64,000 bases of DNA from Escherichia coli (GTDB lineage Bacteria > Pseudomonadota > Gammaproteobacteria > Enterobacterales > Enterobacteriaceae): NCBI RefSeq assembly GCF_030013595.1, contig NZ_CP122768.1; one strand, written 5' to 3'. Under the pieces are notes generated by a model. The model was not told where the DNA came from and made no database searches. It saw only the letters and a list, made by a program, of their open reading frames with translations. Of the stretch, positions 59,864 through 64,000 are shown one piece after another. Position 1 is the stretch's first letter. Each line of letters starts with the position of its first letter. The position numbers and the translations under genes are program-made.

Positions 59864-61436
59864 GTTCACAGATAAAACACTCTCCAGGAAACCCGGGGCG
59901 GTTCAACTCTTTTTTCTTCGCCGGGGTTAACTTGCTCCAGACGGTATTCAAATCAGAGTCAGCATTTGCAAATGCCATTCGGGACTGATCAAGGCTTTCA
60001 GATTTTTGCGGCTGAAGTTGTGCCTGCCTCTCTTTTTGCTTCTCCGCCTCATACCTGGCCTGTTCCTGTGCCCTGAGTTGCACCTGTTGTTCCGCTTCAA
60101 TTTGACTCTGTTGGGCATCCTTAGCCTGCTGGATTTTCTGCTGCTCAACGATCGGGTTGATAATGGAAAGCGATGTCAGTAAAGCGGCGCCCACTGATAT
60201 CGGATTATCAGAAGAGGTTTTTACAAAAACGTTTTTCTGATCGTCGGTCGCCTGCACGGTGTAGGTGATACGCCTTGAAAAGGCGTTTGCGTTGTTCTCC
60301 AAAAACAGATTTTCCATTTGCTTATCGAGATTACGATTAAAATTCTTTCTGTAAGCATCTGAAAGCTGGACGTACTCGTTCGCAGGTAGAGTCATCGTCA
60401 CGGTCCCTTCACAAGTTTTCATTGTGCTGCCCGTGTCACTTGATGTTGTGGAGATTTCAGAGACGGCTAGTTTGATCTTGTCCAGTGTGCTTCGTTTGGT
60501 CTGATTAGTGACATCAGGGTATTTATCGACCTGTTCAGAGAGTCCTTCATAAGCAGATTTTTTTAATAAATCCATGAGAGCTGATTGGGTCATTTCCGAA
60601 GAACAACCGATCTCATCTTTTTTGTTATCACAGCCTGTAAGGGCAATGGCGAGTAAGAGTACTGAGTATTTTAATCTCATGAATTCCCTTTAGAGTAAGG
60701 ATTGGTTTTTAAGACGCGGTCTGTAATCAGTTCCGAGAGCTACAGTAAACAACGCTGAGCACTGAACGCATCACAGGCAAGGTAAAAGGTGATATCGGCA
60801 AAGGCTGTGAAACCTTTAATTCAACAGATGGGAACGGTATGCACAGGATCCTGTAACGACGCTCCCAAAACTGGAAACCTGTAAGGCATGTTTTCGCTGC
60901 TGAACTTAATATACGAACCTGCACTATCATGAACATATTTTATATCGTTATACCCCGAGTGATTGTGCCCGGCAATGGATAGTGTCCTGGAGGAATTATT
61001 TCTAATGTAAAAGGAAGATATTTAATTTCGATGTGGGATTATTACCTGTCTATAAGAACAATGACTTTATCTGGCAGTAAGCAGACATCTATTAGCTTAC
61101 TGAAGGGGGGCTGTGATTTGACCATTAACGGCATGAGATATATTGTCTATTGGTGATTGTTCTGAGGCCGATATCACGTTAACGACCAAGTAAAATAACA
61201 TGAAAAATTATTTATTAATGATTGCCAGCATTAAATGTAGTGATACCTCATTAGCAGGGTGCTCCGCAATGACTGCGATGAACTAAAAAATCAGTCATAA
61301 CCATGAAAAAAACAAGTGTATCAGCGAAATTAAATCTGGTGAAAGCATTTAATTACTTGTTAATGACGCAATAAAAACATACTATGGAAATGTAACAGCT
61401 AATCTACAGTTCTTGTCAATAGGGGCGCACAAGAAA

Positions 61437-62027
61437 ATGTTAAATGAATTTAAGGAAAAGCTACTATCCGACGATATCCGCGATGTCTACCAACGATACC
61501 TTTTAGGACATGACATCTGGTATTTTCGGGAACAAAAAAAATCAATAACCTTTGCTAAAGATTATGATGAGTTTAAGCTATATATGTCTAAGAAGCTTGA
61601 AATTCATGTAAATAATATTGCAATTGTTGGAAGTGCTAAGATGGGATTCAGCTTGAGCCCTGATAAAAATTATCGAACATTTAACGATGAGTCAGATATA
61701 GACTTGGTTTTAGTATCCGACAGAATTTATAAATCTTCCTGGATGGCATTTATTGAATTACAATCAAAGAATTATTTGCCTGTATATGCTCCTGTAGCTA
61801 AAAATATTTTCAAAGGATTCGTGTCATTGAAGGAGTTAGATATTAGAGTCGATTTTTTTAATAAATGGTCCCGTAACGTTGAACCATTAAAAAAAGACAT
61901 TCAAACTATTTTTGGAATACCTAACGACATCAACTACAGAATTTATGACTCTTGGGAGTCCGTTGAACGCTATCACATAGCTGGGTTGAATAGTCTAAAA
62001 GATAAGTTACAAGGACAATTGATATGA
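61437..62027 (+). CDS. Putative Pol-beta-superfamily nucleotidyltransferase-fold protein (196 aa from ATG 61437; ORF open from TTG 61413)
   Basis: IAIVGSAKMGFSLSPDKNYRTFNDESDIDLVLVS shows a G-S...D-x-D arrangement. The gene is AT-rich, and its stop overlaps the next start (ATGA at 62024). Confidence 0.55.
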   Translation: MLNEFKEKLLSDDIRDVYQRYLLGHDIWYFREQKKSITFAKDYDEFKLYMSKKLEIHVNNIAIVGSAKMGFSLSPDKNYRTFNDESDIDLVLVSDRIYKSSWMAFIELQSKNYLPVYAPVAKNIFKGFVSLKELDIRVDFFNKWSRNVEPLKKDIQTIFGIPNDINYRIYDSWESVERYHIAGLNSLKDKLQGQLI

Positions 62028-63082
62028 GAGCTATTGATCTAATTAAAGTTGAATCGAAAGACATTAAATGGTTGACGGATAATTTGAAATCAGGTGTTAT
62101 TACAGTTGATAATTCATATCAGAGAAAATATATCTGGCAGCAAAAAGACCAAGTGGCCTTAATTGAGACAATATTAATTGGCTACCCAATCCCTGAGATT
62201 TACCTTTGGGCAAATAATACTGATCCTGACACTGGAGATACTAAATATTCAATTGTAGATGGACAGCAAAGGCTAACCACAATCCAGCGATATTTAAATG
62301 ATGAGTTTAAGTTAAGCAAAGCAGCTATAGATGATAAAGAAGCCGACTATAGTGGGAAAATTTTTTCAGAATTGTCGGCAGATAACAAACGTGATTTTTG
62401 GCGATACCAATTCTCATCCAGATTTATTAATGAATCATTGAGATATGATGAGATTGCAAAGTTATTTTTACGTCTAAATAGAACAAATACTACGTTAAAT
62501 CCTCAAGAACTTCGTAATGCTGAATTTAATGGCGAGTTTTTAAGATTAGCCGAAGAAATTGCACAAAATGAATTTTGGGATAATTATAAGATATTTACTC
62601 AGTCAGATATCCGTCGGATGCAAGACATTCAATTCATCAGCACATTATTGATTTTCTTACGAATGGGTATTGAGCAGGATAATACACAAAAATCAATTAA
62701 TCGAGTGTATGATCAATACAATGAGAATTACCCTGAGGCGACTGAGGACAGAATTATCTTTAACGAAGTGTTAAGGATCATATCTCAAATTATCAACAAT
62801 AAACAAGTATTAGAATCAGTTGTAAAGAAAAAAGGCCATTTGTATTTTATATTTGTGCTGGCATACTATTATTTACAGCTTAGTAAATCTAAGCTTGTTG
62901 ATATGAATGTTATTAGTTCAAAGCTCGAGGATTTTTTTAATATTTATGAGTTAAATGAACAAGATAACCCCCATCCACTGGTTGAGGAATATAGATTCCT
63001 CAGCCAAGAGGGTTCAAAGAAGAGTCATAACAGACAGCGTAGATTTGATATTTTGAAAGAATTTTGCTCTTTACATGATTAA
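62024..63082 (+). CDS. Stand-alone DUF262 (ParB/GmrS-like) protein, 352 aa, without a visible DUF1524/HNH module
   Basis: The N-terminal motifs YQRKYIWQQKDQVALIETILIGYPIPEIYLW and SIVDGQQRLTTIQRYL are the DUF262 signature. Confidence 0.7.
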   Translation: MRAIDLIKVESKDIKWLTDNLKSGVITVDNSYQRKYIWQQKDQVALIETILIGYPIPEIYLWANNTDPDTGDTKYSIVDGQQRLTTIQRYLNDEFKLSKAAIDDKEADYSGKIFSELSADNKRDFWRYQFSSRFINESLRYDEIAKLFLRLNRTNTTLNPQELRNAEFNGEFLRLAEEIAQNEFWDNYKIFTQSDIRRMQDIQFISTLLIFLRMGIEQDNTQKSINRVYDQYNENYPEATEDRIIFNEVLRIISQIINNKQVLESVVKKKGHLYFIFVLAYYYLQLSKSKLVDMNVISSKLEDFFNIYELNEQDNPHPLVEEYRFLSQEGSKKSHNRQRRFDILKEFCSLHD

Positions 63083-63093
63083 ATGACGAAAGT

Positions 63094-63124
63094 GGGTTGT
63101 TTATAAGAATTGAATAAACAACCC
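63094..63124 (+). terminator. Stem-loop terminator after the two-gene operon
   Basis: GGGTTGTTTAT-(9 nt)-ATAAACAACCC followed by ATCATTTTA, a weak T tract. Confidence 0.55.
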
Positions 63125-63182
63125 ATCATTTTAATGTACTCTGAATCCTCTCATTCTTAGTGAAATATTGTTTTTAGAACAC

Positions 63183-63418
63183 GTATTGACGTTAGAACAA
63201 AAAATAGATTTTTTTGTGATGTATTACGTTGGAGTTGATGGGATAATTATATGTTTTCAATACATTGTTAATTTATCAAGACCCTGCGACTAAGGTGTTC
63301 GAAAATCGACTAAAGTCTGTTTCATAGAGAGAGTTACTTGCGTTTAAAAAGGTATTTGGTCACGACCAACACGAGGCCGAATACCTCAGTTTAAGTACCG
63401 CTCATGTACAACAGTAAC
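63183..63418 (+). repeat. Right, decayed copy of the ~240-bp direct repeat
   Basis: It includes a degenerate copy of the last ~30 codons of the 57950..58207 ORF (LTLEQK...YYVG.DG) and its downstream region. Confidence 0.85.
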
Positions 63419-63603
63419 GTTTGCTGATAGTGTCGCATTATCTTGCAGAGGACGCAGGTTAAATAGAACAAGCATATGTACCTGGTTTTTGTAATATTGG
63501 GTATAACATATGCTTTATAGGAGCGCGCTCAATGACCAACCGAGAAAGAATCTCCTGACAGATACAGTTATTTTCACCCTCTCCATAACATAAGGGAGTT
63601 TTT

Positions 63604-64000
63604 ATGTCGGAAGTGAGTATCGTAGAAGACGCCCCACGCCCAGTAGTCGCCGAATTGGCAGATCTGTTACAAGCACAACCATTTCATCAGAATCAATATG
63701 ATAACTTATGTCGCTTTATGATTTATTTTTCCCTGGCTGAATCAAAGTTAACATCAATGGCTGCTGGCCTTGGTAGAACTGACGCACTGGCACAGGAACT
63801 GGTTGTGCATAACGGCATGGACAGTCAGACCATAGATGATTGCTATCGTTATTTTATACGACGCTATCGAGACAGCCCTGATAGCGATTACCGCTTCAAT
63901 AAACTGGCCCCGCCTGAGTATGTTAAGAATGCAATCAGAGAACGCTTTGTTACGCTACTTCAGATACAGTCTCCAACAATTGAAGATAAAATCAGCTTTG
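63604..64000 (+). CDS. Hypothetical phage protein, 5' part (open to the window edge)
   Basis: ATG at 63604 lies 7 nt after AAGGGAG, with no stop through 64000. The product begins MSEVSIVEDAPRPVVAELADLLQAQPF... It is absent from the ORF track because it is unterminated. Confidence 0.55.
   Translation, partial: MSEVSIVEDAPRPVVAELADLLQAQPFHQNQYDNLCRFMIYFSLAESKLTSMAAGLGRTDALAQELVVHNGMDSQTIDDCYRYFIRRYRDSPDSDYRFNKLAPPEYVKNAIRERFVTLLQIQSPTIEDKISF

Larger units (their letters stand above)
58595..59905 (+). mobile_element. IS629 (IS3 family), 1311 bp, flanked by a 3-bp target duplication ACT
   Basis: Terminal inverted repeats TGAACCGCCCCGGAAATCCTGGAGA / TCTCCAGGAAACCCGGGGCGGTTCA. ACT is present at 58592..58594 and 59906..59908. 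Confidence 0.92.
58420..60680 (-). pseudogene. Lipoprotein gene with a DUF1311/LprI-like C-terminus, split by IS629
   Basis: The N-terminus MRLKYSVLLLAIALTGC contains a lipobox. Removing 58595..59905 and one ACT copy restores the frame: ...LTPAKKKELLPSQRQWIKTKDAMCGKV...RIAFLRNQ*. Confidence 0.8.
46720..64000. mobile_element. Lambdoid (Rac-like early region) prophage integrated downstream of leuZ; the right end lies beyond the window
   Basis: Integrase lies next to the tRNA operon. It is followed by xis-like, recombination, cI/Cro/YdaT-like, replication initiator plus DnaB and nin-type genes. K-12 synteny ends at the leuZ terminator. Confidence 0.85.

Noticed and set aside
59670-59905. C-terminal 78 residues of the listed 336-aa ORF (59670..60680).
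   Set aside because: This part is read-through into the right end of IS629, antisense to orfB. The genuine gene continues on the other side of the IS.
61200-61374. Two tiny ORFs upstream of the NTase gene: a 28-aa ORF (MKNYLLMIASIKCSDTSLAGCSAMTAMN) and a 23-aa ORF (MKKTSVSAKLNLVKAFNYLLMTQ).
   Set aside because: Short ORFs are expected by chance in AT-rich DNA, neither has a convincing RBS, and there is no conservation evidence. They are noted only as possible leader peptides.

Overview
The window is an E. coli/Shigella-type chromosome. From 1 to about 46.7 kb it is collinear, in inverted orientation, with the K-12 region msrP'-hiuH-hprRS-hchA-yedS-yedR-yedJ-dcm-vsr-yedA-yedI-yodC-dgcQ-yedP-dsrA-yodD-dsrB-rcsA, the fliR..fliF and fliE flagellar operons, yedL-yedK-yedFE-yedD-amyA, fliTSD/fliC/fliAZ, tcyJ-dcyD-tcyLN-sdiA-yecF-uvrYC-pgsA and the glyW-cysT-leuZ tRNA operon. 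Gene identities come from my recognition of the translated ORFs. Three core genes look damaged: fliP has an in-frame amber codon, yedK has an amber codon 22 codons before its normal end, and yodC has a 3' frame change. From about 46.7 kb to the window edge lies a lambdoid, Rac-like prophage inserted just downstream of leuZ. It carries int, xis-like, Gp157-like and Rad52-like recombination genes, an ORF-free 0.85 kb stretch, a cI-like/Cro-like/YdaT-like immunity region with shared 19-bp operators, a replication initiator with internal ori iterons, a DnaB helicase and small nin-type genes. Inside the prophage, two ~240-bp imperfect direct repeats bracket a ~5 kb accessory cassette. The cassette holds a DUF1311-type lipoprotein gene split by IS629 and an AT-rich, translationally coupled gene pair. 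That pair encodes a nucleotidyltransferase-fold protein plus a stand-alone DUF262 (ParB/GmrS-like) protein. This pair is my best candidate for an undescribed anti-phage system. No CRISPR array or rRNA gene was seen.
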